Shown: positions 9,207 to 19,231 of the stretch, piece after piece
Layout of the letters: each line of letters opens with the position of its first letter
Numbering within the stretch: position 1 is the stretch's first letter
Made by a program: the position numbers and the translations under genes
The notes under the pieces: model-generated
What the model was told of the DNA's origin: nothing
Seen by the model: only the letters and a program-made list of their open reading frames with translations
Database searches by the model: none
Source of the DNA: an uncultured Bacilli bacterium
GTDB taxonomy: Bacteria; Bacillota_I; Bacilli_A; RF39; UBA660
Direction of reading: 5' to 3'
DNA length: 64,000 nucleotides
Assembly: GCA_934130375.1 (NCBI GenBank)
Contig: CAKOXW010000001.1
Span: 328,067 to 392,066 of the forward strand

Positions 9207-10985
9207 TTATCTTTTATTTCGGATTATTACAATACCAGAACCGCCTGATGTGGCAGCGTTATAATAACCTCCACCGCCTCCACCAGTATTTGCCTTTGCA
9301 GAACCACAACTTCCTCCATTACAAGATGCACCTCCACCGGCAGAAGGATTAAAGCTATCATAACCTGAAGTTCCACCTCCAGAATAAGCATAATCAGTAC
9401 CCTTTGTACAACTTGAGGTTGTTCCTTCACCAAATTCACAAGTTGTTGTTTTTTGTCCAGTGCCTGCTGCCCCCGCTTTGAAATCGCCGTAGCAATAATT
9501 ATTACAATTTCCAGAATTACCATAGGAGCCACCAGCACCGCAAACTCCTCCGCCTCCGGAACCACCAGAGCCACCATATGAACCGCTTCCAGAGTTTCCT
9601 CCTTGTGCTACATACGTTGTGGAATCTTTAAAGTATGATGCATCACCATTGCTTCCAGCTCCACCACCAGAGCCAACATTTACAGCATAACTTCCGGTAG
9701 ATATAACTTGACTTTTGTATGTTTTAGTATAGCCACCTCCGCCGCCTCCATTATCAGAGCCGCCGCCACCTCCACCTACTAAGAATATGTCAATCGACAT
9801 ACCTGTATTAAATTTAACAGTACCACTTGTTGTGAATTTTATTCTCCAATTACCACTGCCATCATTTAATAAAGTACAATTTCCACTATATTCAATATAA
9901 GGTGTTGCACCTGCGCTTGAATTTTTACATTTATAATTCTTAGACAAATCTTCATAAGTTATAAGTGTTTCTTTCCACTGAGCATAAATTGTTTGATTAC
10001 TTGTAATTTTTACAATAGTTGTTTCAGTTATCTTGCTTCCACCTGTTTTTGCAGTATACCATCCAAGAAAAGAATAACCTGCCCTTTGAGGTGTTGGAAG
10101 TGTACCATATTTAGCATTGTAAGTTACAGATTTTGAAGTCTCACTAACTGTTCCTCCATTTGCATTATATGTTACTGTATATTTCTTTGCAGTATAAATT
10201 GCTTTTATAGTTGTTTCCTCTGAACCAATTGTTATGGTATTACCACTTAAAATACTATTACCGCTTATTAATTCCCAACCTGAAAAATCATAACCTTCTT
10301 TTGTAGGAATATCAAGTGTTATAGATGTTCCTACTTTATAACTTCCTGCTTGATTATTACCAGTTCCTCCATCTAAATCTATATTCAATTTTTGTTCATT
10401 TAACTGATATAATGCCTTAATTTTCATGTTTTTAATACCTAATGTAAGTATATTATTATTAATACTACCATCACCATTTACAATTTCCCAACCTGAAAAA
10501 TCATAACCTTCTTTTGATGGTGATATTAATTCTAAAGTAGTATTTCTTTCATAACTACCTGCTTGATTATTACCAGTTCCTCCATCTAAATCTATAGTTA
10601 AACTAATATTAACAACTTTTCTACAATTAAGATCATCTTTTGTGCCTTCACATTTATAACCTTCTAATTTTCCACTTCCTACTAATACAATGTAAGGAAT
10701 ATGATTATTAAATGTTAAATCACAACTATTGTAATCAGTATCATTTAATTTAGATACATTTTCACAATTAATATTACTTGGATTTTCTAATACTTGATTT
10801 TCAGATTGTTTCTTTTCTGCAGAATCAAGCACTACTTTTGCTGAAGATGTTATTGTTCCTAACTTAGAATTATCTATTATATTAACAATTCTAGGTACTG
10901 CAATAACAAGAATAAACGCTAAAATAACTAATGACGCTAATAATTCTATTAAAGTAAAACCCTTTTTCTTTTTCATATTCTTCAC
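9207..10985 (-). CDS. Large type IV pilin-like protein with a class III prepilin signal, two or three Listeria-Bacteroides (Flg_new-type) repeats and a glycine-rich C-terminal domain
   Basis: The N-terminus is MKNMKKKKG/FTLIELLASLVILAFILVIAVP, with the prepilin cleavage site G/F and Glu at +5. IDLDGGTGNNQAGSY...EGYDFSGWE occurs twice, then YTVTYNANGG...GYSFLGWY. The C-terminal 200 aa has GGGGGGS.. runs resembling the Gly_rich family. Confidence 0.7.
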   Translation of the reverse strand: MKNMKKKKGFTLIELLASLVILAFILVIAVPRIVNIIDNSKLGTITSSAKVVLDSAEKKQSENQVLENPSNINCENVSKLNDTDYNSCDLTFNNHIPYIVLVGSGKLEGYKCEGTKDDLNCRKVVNISLTIDLDGGTGNNQAGSYERNTTLELISPSKEGYDFSGWEIVNGDGSINNNILTLGIKNMKIKALYQLNEQKLNIDLDGGTGNNQAGSYKVGTSITLDIPTKEGYDFSGWELISGNSILSGNTITIGSEETTIKAIYTAKKYTVTYNANGGTVSETSKSVTYNAKYGTLPTPQRAGYSFLGWYTAKTGGSKITETTIVKITSNQTIYAQWKETLITYEDLSKNYKCKNSSAGATPYIEYSGNCTLLNDGSGNWRIKFTTSGTVKFNTGMSIDIFLVGGGGGGSDNGGGGGGYTKTYKSQVISTGSYAVNVGSGGGAGSNGDASYFKDSTTYVAQGGNSGSGSYGGSGGSGGGGVCGAGGSYGNSGNCNNYCYGDFKAGAAGTGQKTTTCEFGEGTTSSCTKGTDYAYSGGGTSGYDSFNPSAGGGASCNGGSCGSAKANTGGGGGGYYNAATSGGSGIVIIRNKR

Positions 10986-11080
10986 TACCTTACTATTAGA
11001 TAGTATACCACAACTTAGTATCTTTAAAATATAAATTCATAAGAATTAAATATAAACTATTTAAGTACAAGAATACATAA

Positions 11081-11106
11081 AAAAAAAAGCACTACATTTG
11101 TAGTAC
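11081..11106 (-). terminator. Intrinsic terminator after tig
   Basis: Minus-strand hairpin GUACUACA..UGUAGUGC followed by U8. Confidence 0.5.
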
Positions 11107-11113
11107 CTCCTTA

Positions 11114-12373
11114 TTAGTTATTTTCTTTTAAGAAATCTAATGTTCTTCTCATTTTTAAATCATATTTAACAACATCTTTTGAACCAAATGCTTTTAATAA
11201 TTCTTCTTTAGTCATTTGATATTGTTTAGCAAGTCTATCTACTTCTTCATCTACTTCACTATCAGTAGGATCAATTTTCTCTAATCTTGCTATTTCATCA
11301 AGCATATATCTATAAGATACATTTTTCTTAGCCTCATCTTCTAATTCTTTTTCTAAATCATCCATAGTCTTCTTAGTAAATTCTAAGTATTGATTAATAT
11401 TTAATCCTTGCATTTGTAATCTTTGATTATAAGTATCAATCATTCTATGTATTTCTTCATGAACTATTTCTTCTGCCAATTCTATTTCAGTATTTTCTCT
11501 AACACTTTCTAATACATCATCTATAAACTTATTGTCTATTTCATTATTCTTTTTAGTTTCAAGTTCCTCTTTGCAATGTTTTTCTAAGTCTTCTTTAGAG
11601 TGAACACCTTCTAATCCAAGGTCATCAAAGAATTCTTCATTTATTTCAGGAAGTACTCTTGTCTTAACTTCATGAACTGTTACTTTAAATACTACTTTAG
11701 CACCCTTTAATTCTTCTGATGGATAATCATCTGGGAAAGTAAGCTCTATATCTTTAGTATCACCATCACTTAAACCAATTAAAGCATCTTCAAATCCAGG
11801 TATAAAAGTATTTGAACCGATTTCTAATGGATAATTTTCTCCTTTACCACCTTCAAAAGCTACTCCATCTTTAAAGCCCTCAAAGTCAATTACAGCAGTA
11901 TCTCCCTTTTCAATCTTTCCTTTTTTAATCTCTATTTCAGCATATTGGTCTCTTAATCTATTAATTTCATTTTCAACTTCTTCTTTACTTACTTTAGCAC
12001 TTTCCTTCTTAACTTTTAAACCAGTATATTTATTTACTTTTACAGTTGGTGCGGTAATTATAGTAAATTTAATTTCAACACCATCTTTAGAAATACTAAT
12101 AATATCAACCATTGGTTGTACAACTGGTTCTAGTTTAGATTCTTTTAATGTTTCTGTATATAAACTTGGCATAATTGTATCGATTGCATCATCGTATAAA
12201 GATTCTACTCCAAATTTCTTTTCAAAAATATTTCTTGGACATTTACCTTCTCTAAAACCATCTACTTTTACCTTTTTAACTTTCTTTTCGAATGCTTTAT
12301 CTAAAGCTTTAGTCCATTCTTCTTTTTCTATTTTTTTAACTATTTCATGTCTATTTTCCATATTTTCCTCCAA
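11114..12373 (-). CDS. tig: Trigger factor
   Basis: Ribosome-binding N-domain (VDGFREGKCPRNIFEKKFG), central FKBP-type PPIase, C-terminal arm. 419 aa. Confidence 0.85.
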   Translation of the reverse strand: MEENMENRHEIVKKIEKEEWTKALDKAFEKKVKKVKVDGFREGKCPRNIFEKKFGVESLYDDAIDTIMPSLYTETLKESKLEPVVQPMVDIISISKDGVEIKFTIITAPTVKVNKYTGLKVKKESAKVSKEEVENEINRLRDQYAEIEIKKGKIEKGDTAVIDFEGFKDGVAFEGGKGENYPLEIGSNTFIPGFEDALIGLSDGDTKDIELTFPDDYPSEELKGAKVVFKVTVHEVKTRVLPEINEEFFDDLGLEGVHSKEDLEKHCKEELETKKNNEIDNKFIDDVLESVRENTEIELAEEIVHEEIHRMIDTYNQRLQMQGLNINQYLEFTKKTMDDLEKELEDEAKKNVSYRYMLDEIARLEKIDPTDSEVDEEVDRLAKQYQMTKEELLKAFGSKDVVKYDLKMRRTLDFLKENN

Positions 12374-12441
12374 ATCAACATATATTATATAAAATTATAA
12401 TAAAAAAAGCAACTTATGTGCTTTATTTTTTTATTATTTTA

Positions 12442-13305
12442 CTATATTATAACTCTTTTCTTAGTAATACTTTTTACTTTCTCATCATCATCAAAAACTA
12501 TATCTACTTTATAAATACCTGATTCATAATTATCAAATCTTTTGTGTGGTATTTGCCTCATTAATGAAGGTGTTCTAATAAGTTCTACATTAGATACTGT
12601 CATATCACAATAAGTATGTTTATGTCCAAGATGTATTAAATCTGGTTTATCTATAATAGAGTTAACATATTTCTCCATTTTAATACTTGAACCAGTCTTA
12701 GAATCTCTATCACCATGCATAATAAGCATATCAAATGTACCAATTTTTACTCTTCTTTCCTTTGGTCCAAGATATATAAGTTCATTTCTTACATCACATA
12801 TTTCTTTAACTATATCTCTATTGTATGTCTTATATAAATATTCATCATGATTACCATTTACAATAAATGTTTTTCTATCACTAACAGGATAATAATGAAG
12901 AGAATATCCTAGTTGTCCTTCATAAGTTGTTTCTTTTAAATGCTTTTCATAATCGGCAACTGGTACGAATCCATCAGTAAAATCTCCGCAATGGAAATAA
13001 TAATCGCAAGGCATATCATACACTCTTTTAATTTTATCTACATCATCATACTTACTTGAAAGATGGGTATCACCTAAGAATATTAAGGATAATTTTTCTT
13101 TATTATTTGGAATTATATAAGTAGTTTTATCTATTTCATATGGTTTATGTATATTACCATCTAAATCAAAATTAAATTTTATACCTAGCATATTAAGACA
13201 CATAAATATTTCATCTTCTGTTAAATCAAGTGTTTCTTTAATTTCAAACAAACTTTTCTTTTTCTTACATAAATATTTTAACTTATTTAATAATTCTTTA
13301 TCCAT
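12442..13305 (-). CDS. Calcineurin-like metallophosphoesterase
   Basis: Motifs IFLGDTHLS, GDFTD, GNHDE, GHKH. Confidence 0.7.
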   Translation of the reverse strand: MDKELLNKLKYLCKKKKSLFEIKETLDLTEDEIFMCLNMLGIKFNFDLDGNIHKPYEIDKTTYIIPNNKEKLSLIFLGDTHLSSKYDDVDKIKRVYDMPCDYYFHCGDFTDGFVPVADYEKHLKETTYEGQLGYSLHYYPVSDRKTFIVNGNHDEYLYKTYNRDIVKEICDVRNELIYLGPKERRVKIGTFDMLIMHGDRDSKTGSSIKMEKYVNSIIDKPDLIHLGHKHTYCDMTVSNVELIRTPSLMRQIPHKRFDNYESGIYKVDIVFDDDEKVKSITKKRVII

Positions 13306-13359
13306 AATACCCTCTCAAACATGTATTATACTTAAAAATTAAAAAAAAGCAACTAAAAG

Positions 13360-13839
13360 TTACTTTATATCAACAAGTTCAATTTCATATTGTCCATTTG
13401 GACTTTCAACTGTTACTTTAGAACCCTTCTTCTTTCCTAATAATGCTTTTGCGATAGGAGATTCATTAGATATCTTGTTTTCAAATGGATCTGCTTCTGT
13501 GCTTCCAACTATTTTATATTCTTCTAAATCATCTTCATCATCATATCTAATTACAACAGAAGAACCTATTCTAACAGTATCTGATGCTTCTTCACTAATA
13601 ATTGATGCATGCTCCACCATATACTCTAATTCTTGAATTCTTCCTTCAATAATTGCTTGTTCTTCCCTTGCTGCATGATAATCAGCATTCTCAGATAAAT
13701 CACCAAGAGCTCTTGCTTCCTTTATTGCTTTAATAATTTCAGGTCTTTTAACTCTCTTTAATTCATCTAATTCATTTTCTATATCTGTAAAACCTTTAGC
13801 AGTTAAAAATACTTCTTTCTTATCTGCCATAAATATCAC
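13360..13839 (-). CDS. greA: Transcription elongation factor GreA
   Basis: Coiled-coil N-domain with LGDLSENADYHAAREEQ, FKBP-like C-domain. 159 aa. Confidence 0.9.
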   Translation of the reverse strand: MIFMADKKEVFLTAKGFTDIENELDELKRVKRPEIIKAIKEARALGDLSENADYHAAREEQAIIEGRIQELEYMVEHASIISEEASDTVRIGSSVVIRYDDEDDLEEYKIVGSTEADPFENKISNESPIAKALLGKKKGSKVTVESPNGQYEIELVDIK

Positions 13840-13928
13840 CTCTTCATTTTTTTATCTAGTTCATAATACAATTTTTTAAATACATTGTCAAGTCTTAATT
13901 ATTATATTCATAATTACTTAATTTATTA

Positions 13929-14510
13929 CTAATTTTTAATAGATACTGAAATACCATCTCCAATTTTATAAAACTCAGTAGTAAACTTCTTATTTTCTTT
14001 TAAATAATCAATATAATTCCTTATCTTATTAACTAATTGTCTAAGATTTCTACTCTCAATTCTCTCATCAGACTCAACCATCCCATGAAATCCAATATTA
14101 TCTGAGATAATTACACCATTTTTATTTAAATTCTTAGAAAACTTCTCAAAGAAATTTATATATTGAGCCTTAGCAGCATCAATAAATATTAAATCATACT
14201 TATCAGAAACATCAACTAAAGATGCATCACCAAGCACTAAAGTAATTCTTTTCTCAAGACCAAACTCCTTAATATTTTTTAATGCTTCTAAATATCTTTC
14301 ATTATCTCTTTCAATAGTTGTTACTTTAATCTTATAATCAACAAGTGCCATTTTAATAGCAGAATAACCAATAGCAGTACCAATTTCTAATATATTTTTA
14401 ACATTATGTTCTTTAATATACTCAGTTAAAAATTCAATACCTGTTTTTTCCATAATGGGCACATTGTGTTCCTTAGCGTACTTTTCAATACGTTTTATTT
14501 CCTTATCCAT
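13929..14510 (-). CDS. Class I SAM-dependent O-methyltransferase (YrrM/TrmR-like)
   Basis: ILEIGTAIGYS...IERD...VLGDA resembles the cation-dependent OMT family 3. Confidence 0.6.
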   Translation of the reverse strand: MDKEIKRIEKYAKEHNVPIMEKTGIEFLTEYIKEHNVKNILEIGTAIGYSAIKMALVDYKIKVTTIERDNERYLEALKNIKEFGLEKRITLVLGDASLVDVSDKYDLIFIDAAKAQYINFFEKFSKNLNKNGVIISDNIGFHGMVESDERIESRNLRQLVNKIRNYIDYLKENKKFTTEFYKIGDGISVSIKN

Positions 14511-14890
14511 AATAATCCTTCTTTTGTAAAAAATAGTAACTTCAACAACTTGAAATTACTTAGTAATAATATACTTTTTTTTATTCTTTGTCAAGTTTTT
14601 TATACTTTTTTAAATCTTTAAAAATAATTATTATACTTTTTTATAGGATTTTTTATGGTATTTTTAATATAATTTATGATTTATTATTTTTGGTTTTTTA
14701 GTGTTATTTTATGATTTGTTATTATTGTTTTGTTAGTATTATTTTGTACTTTATTATTTATATATTTTATTAATTTTTGTTTTTATGTCTATTCGTGGGC
14801 TTTCTTGGTTTATGTTTTGTGGTATAAACTTATATTTAACAGATGATGTATCTTGAAATTGTTGTTTAATTGTGGTATGTTGTTATTAGA

Positions 14891-14961
14891 AAAGGAACTG
14901 CTGACTGGTTTTCCAGTCGTAATAGATAAACTTGTTTTATCTAGGGCAGCTCCTTTTTTTC
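14891..14961. terminator. Three-way-junction structured element with flanking A4/T7 runs (bidirectional terminator-like)
   Basis: P1 GGAACUGC/GCAGCUCC (all Watson-Crick/GU on the minus strand), P2 UAGAUAAA-CUUG-UUUAUCUA, P3 GACUGG-UUUU-CCAGUC. Then TTTTTTT on the plus strand. Confidence 0.45.
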
Positions 14962-15005
14962 ATTGTTAAAAAAAATTCTTTGTTCTAAACAAAAGAAACT
15001 ATTAT

Positions 15006-15215
15006 CTAGTTCTTTTTCTTGATTTCCAAGGCTTTTAGTATTACTGCATTCTTATTTATTGTTTTGTTTCTTATTGTTATAAGATAATCCATCATTTCTT
15101 GTTGCTGTTTTTCTGTTTTCAATTTTGGCATAATTGAATTTACTGTATCCTTGTTTGCTCCTTGTTGTTTCAACTCTTGTATTAGCGTCTTTTGTAATAT
15201 CGTTAATTCCATCAA
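15006..15215 (-). CDS. Small hypothetical protein (69 aa)
   Basis: ORF only. Gln/Lys-rich. Confidence 0.3.
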   Translation of the reverse strand: MMELTILQKTLIQELKQQGANKDTVNSIMPKLKTEKQQQEMMDYLITIRNKTINKNAVILKALEIKKKN

Positions 15216-15324
15216 TATTTACTCCTTTCCAAATCTATTATATACTAATTCTTGTAGGATTTCCATCCAAGAATAAAGCAATTAATTTTTAATCATCAAT
15301 GTAGTCAAGTATTTTAGTGAGATA

Positions 15325-15810
15325 TTAATAATTTTCACTTAATACTCTTTTTATAGTTTCAAGTTGTGCCCTAAAAGTAAATCCATCATACCATTTAATA
15401 TATTGGTTTAAATCTTCTAATTTAACAAATTTTCTTTCACTTGTTTCCCATTCTTTTACAAATTCTAAAACATCTTTTACTCTTGCTATATACCTTAATT
15501 GATAATAAGTTTCATCATTTTCAACTACTTCTACTGCTCCTAAATACTGAATTTTGTTAATACTTACACATGCCTCTTCCATAATCTCTCTTATTAAAGT
15601 TCCTGTAGTATATTCATACAATTCAGGATGACCTCCCGGTATTGTCCAAGTATCTTTGTTTTTAACTATTAGCAATTCATTGTTATCATTAAAAACATAA
15701 CCACTAACTTGTTTATATTTTTGGGTTGTTAAATCAAATTTTTCAATCCATCTTATTTTACAATTTTTAGATAATACTTCATAATTATTCATAATCTCTA
15801 CCTCATACAC
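15325..15810 (-). CDS. NUDIX hydrolase
   Basis: Nudix box GGHPELYEYTTGTLIREIMEEACV. Confidence 0.75.
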   Translation of the reverse strand: MYEVEIMNNYEVLSKNCKIRWIEKFDLTTQKYKQVSGYVFNDNNELLIVKNKDTWTIPGGHPELYEYTTGTLIREIMEEACVSINKIQYLGAVEVVENDETYYQLRYIARVKDVLEFVKEWETSERKFVKLEDLNQYIKWYDGFTFRAQLETIKRVLSENY

Positions 15811-15846
15811 TTTAATTATACCAATTATTTAACTATAAAAGAAGGA

Positions 15847-18420
15847 CTAAATATTATCCTTCCTTATAGTTTCAATTATATTTTGTTTATTAATTTTATT
15901 AAGTGAATATTTCATAATAACAAGTATTAGTACAATAACTGATAAAATACTTATTAATATACCAGTTATAGGTAGATTATACATTACTTTATTAATACCA
16001 ATATTCATAGATAAATACATTATATATGATAGGAATATACCAATTGGAATACCTATTAATAATGATTTAAAGCAAGTCATAATACTTTCTAAAAATATCA
16101 TCTTATTAAATTCTTTATTAGTCATACCAACACTTTTTAACATTGCAAATTCTTTACTACGAAGAAACATACTAGTTGTAATTGTATTAAATATATTAGT
16201 AATACCAATAAGTGCGATTACAGTAATAAATCCATATAAGAATATTGCAATTAAGGTATATAAAGACTGTATTTCTCTTTTTTCTTTATCTAAATTATGA
16301 ATTCTATAACTATCATTATCTAATATTTTTTTAATTTCTGCTTCTACATAATCAGGATTAGTACTATCAATAAATATATAAGTATATTCACTATCTGCTA
16401 ACTTATCCATTACTTCATCACTTACAATTAATTCAATTCTTGCATATACTTCATCACTAAACATAGGTTTTATATCAGTAATTTTTATAATACTTAAATC
16501 AATAGTACTATCATCTAATTTAATACTTATAGTATCATTAACCTTGTTATTACTAGTAATAATCTCCTTTTTAATACTAGGATTTTCACTATCAGTAATC
16601 ATAGTCTTATTTATTAATATTACCTTATCTTTAGCATCTTCATAACTCAAATTTAGTTTATCTAAATAGTTTTTATAAACAGTACTTCCATGTGAAGATA
16701 TAAATGCATCAAATAAATTATCATTACCATCTAAGTAGTCACTAAAGTCTTTGGATAATTTAATACCAGTAACGTCTCTTGAAGCGTCTCTTTTTGCATC
16801 AATAGATTTAATACTATCAATTTTGCTTATTGCATCAATTTGAGTTTTATTATCACTTTTTACTCTTAAAGATATATTATAATCAGCATCAGGAAACTCA
16901 ATTGATATTTGCTTAAATGCATAATTTACAAAAGATGTTGTTGCGATAAAGACTGAAATACATACGATTAAAGATATTACTATCGTCCTGTACTTTTTCT
17001 TATTTCTCTTAATATTTTTATAAGATATTAACCCACCAATACCAAATAATTTCTTAACAAATTTTGATTTTTTTAAACCAAACTTTTTATTTTTTATATC
17101 ATTACTATTACGCACAAGTGCAATTGGGGAGGTTTTTGATGCTCTCTTAGCACTTTTTATTGATGATAAATATATCGTTAAAAAACTTAACACTACAGCA
17201 ACTATAATTGCAAGAAATGATATATTAAATGTAAAGTGCATAAATAATTGTTCACTAAGTAGAGAGTTACATACTTTAATTAAGATAAATGATGCGAATA
17301 AACCAGATATTATTCCAATTGGTATACCAATTAAACCAAGAATAAAACCTTCATATAATACGCTTTTCTTTATTTGTTTTTTAGTCGCACCAACACTTCT
17401 TAACATACCAAACAAAACTTGTTTTTCAGATACTTGTATATCAAAACTATTTTTTATACAGAATACTGAAGTTACAATAATTATTAACGCAACTACTACA
17501 AAAGTAGTATAAAGCATGCGTACCGTATAATCATTTGCAGGCATGGTTTCTAAATATATTAAATTAGAATTTTCAGAAAAAACAAACTTTGCTTTACTTA
17601 ATTCTTCTTTAATCAAGTCGTGTTCTTTATCGGTATTGTATAACATACCGCCTTTAGTATCTTCATACAATTTCTCACTTATACCCAATATATTAGCAGT
17701 TACTCTATATCTATATTTTAATCCTGTTTTTGTATACCTTACATAAACGGAGGATGAATAATGATTTTGAGTTCTATTTGTAATAACAGTATAACCAGGT
17801 GATGAATATTGTTCAATACCATATATTGGTCTTTCAATAATACCTACTACTTTATATGATTTAGTTTCTTTTGTGATAAGTTTTTCAGTATTATCATATG
17901 AGCAACTTGCATTAAGTGTATAACCATCACTTACTCTTTTACCTATTTTTAAATCTATGGTATCACCTATTTTTAAATCAACTTCACCATTATTTTTTAA
18001 GTGCTTAGCAATAACAATTTCATCACTATTTTCAGGCATCTTACCACTTATTAAATGAATTGATAAATTTTTATAATCATTATTATCAATACCTAATATA
18101 TGAACATAAGGTTTATATTCATTTTTAGAATTAATTAAAGCATAACCAATATCTTCAATAATACTATAACTTTCTATCTTTTTATTCTTTTTAATTACTT
18201 CTAAATCATCATCACTAATATCATAAAATGCATAATGATAATTACCTCTTTGTTGTATATAAAAATTATATAAAGAACTTTTAAAACTAGATATTAAAGT
18301 TGATAAACTTGTAATCAATGCGACTGAAAGAATTATACCTATAATTGTTACAATAGTTCTTTTTTTGTTTAATTTTAGATTACTTATAGTTAATTTATTC
18401 ATTATTTTCATACTATTCAC
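15847..18420 (-). CDS. ABC transporter permease, FtsX/MacB-BceB-like, with large extracytoplasmic domains
   Basis: 857 aa. Multiple TM helices with FtsX-type C-terminal 4-TM module. Overlaps the ATPase gene by 8 nt. Confidence 0.7.
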   Translation of the reverse strand: MNSMKIMNKLTISNLKLNKKRTIVTIIGIILSVALITSLSTLISSFKSSLYNFYIQQRGNYHYAFYDISDDDLEVIKKNKKIESYSIIEDIGYALINSKNEYKPYVHILGIDNNDYKNLSIHLISGKMPENSDEIVIAKHLKNNGEVDLKIGDTIDLKIGKRVSDGYTLNASCSYDNTEKLITKETKSYKVVGIIERPIYGIEQYSSPGYTVITNRTQNHYSSSVYVRYTKTGLKYRYRVTANILGISEKLYEDTKGGMLYNTDKEHDLIKEELSKAKFVFSENSNLIYLETMPANDYTVRMLYTTFVVVALIIIVTSVFCIKNSFDIQVSEKQVLFGMLRSVGATKKQIKKSVLYEGFILGLIGIPIGIISGLFASFILIKVCNSLLSEQLFMHFTFNISFLAIIVAVVLSFLTIYLSSIKSAKRASKTSPIALVRNSNDIKNKKFGLKKSKFVKKLFGIGGLISYKNIKRNKKKYRTIVISLIVCISVFIATTSFVNYAFKQISIEFPDADYNISLRVKSDNKTQIDAISKIDSIKSIDAKRDASRDVTGIKLSKDFSDYLDGNDNLFDAFISSHGSTVYKNYLDKLNLSYEDAKDKVILINKTMITDSENPSIKKEIITSNNKVNDTISIKLDDSTIDLSIIKITDIKPMFSDEVYARIELIVSDEVMDKLADSEYTYIFIDSTNPDYVEAEIKKILDNDSYRIHNLDKEKREIQSLYTLIAIFLYGFITVIALIGITNIFNTITTSMFLRSKEFAMLKSVGMTNKEFNKMIFLESIMTCFKSLLIGIPIGIFLSYIMYLSMNIGINKVMYNLPITGILISILSVIVLILVIMKYSLNKINKQNIIETIRKDNI

Positions 18421-19093
18421 TCACTATTTTTCCATCTTCAATTTTTATAATTCTATCAGCAGAGGATGCGATATCTAAATCATGCGTAATCATTATTATT
18501 GTTTGTTTGTATTCTCTATTTGATTTTTTAAGTAAAGATACTACTTCCAAAGAAGATTTTGAATCCAAGTTACCAGTAGGTTCATCCGCAAGAATTATTG
18601 CAGGATGAGTAATCAATGCTCTTCCAATTGAGCACCTTTGTTGTTGACCTCCTGATAAAGAATTAGGCAAATGATTTTTTCTTGATTGTAATCCAAGATG
18701 AGAAATTAATGCATCTAATTCGCATTTATCTATTTTTCTTCCATCTAAATCAAGAGGCAGTGTTATATTTTCTTCTACATTTAAAATAGGTATCAAATTA
18801 TAAAATTGATAGATAAGACCAATTTGTCTTCTTCTAAATATTGATAATTTATCATCATTTAATGAATATATATCATTATTATCAATGTATACTTTGCCAT
18901 GAGTTGGTCTATCTACACCTCCTATTAAATGAAGAAGTGTTGATTTACCAGAACCTGATGCGCCTACAATCGCAACAAATTCGCCCTTATTAACACTGAA
19001 ACTTACATTATCAAGTGCGACAACCCTAGTTTCATTTTTTCCATATATTTTTGTTAAATTTTCTACTCTTAATATTTCCATGAGCACCTCCAT
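18413..19093 (-). CDS. ABC transporter ATP-binding protein (MacB/LolD/BceA-like)
   Basis: Walker A GASGSGKST, signature LSGGQQQR, Walker B ILADEPTGNLD. Confidence 0.85.
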   Translation of the reverse strand: MEVLMEILRVENLTKIYGKNETRVVALDNVSFSVNKGEFVAIVGASGSGKSTLLHLIGGVDRPTHGKVYIDNNDIYSLNDDKLSIFRRRQIGLIYQFYNLIPILNVEENITLPLDLDGRKIDKCELDALISHLGLQSRKNHLPNSLSGGQQQRCSIGRALITHPAIILADEPTGNLDSKSSLEVVSLLKKSNREYKQTIIMITHDLDIASSADRIIKIEDGKIVSE

Positions 19094-19113
19094 GATTTGA
19101 TTATATTATATAG

Positions 19114-19197
19114 TAAGTGACATCTAAGTGACAATATGAAAAATTTGAATTATAAATATTGAAAAATGCAAATACAGTGACATTTACAGTGACATTT
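19114..19197. promoter_or_regulatory. Divergent promoter region with two pairs of tandem direct repeats containing GTGACA
   Basis: TAAGTGACA at 19114-19122 and 19125-19133 (11-bp spacing). ACAGTGACATTT at 19174-19185 and 19186-19197. Then TGgTACAAT extended -10 at 19199-19207 and RBS GGGAGTGA. Confidence 0.45.
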
Positions 19198-19231
19198 GTG
19201 GTACAATAGTTTTAGTATGGGAGTGATGTAA

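Noticed and set aside
9227-9577. 116-aa minus-strand ORF overlapping the pilin gene
   Set aside because: It is a shadow ORF in another frame of the glycine-rich (GGN-codon, locally GC-rich) C-terminal region of 9207..10985. It has no RBS and a low-complexity V/L/E-rich translation.
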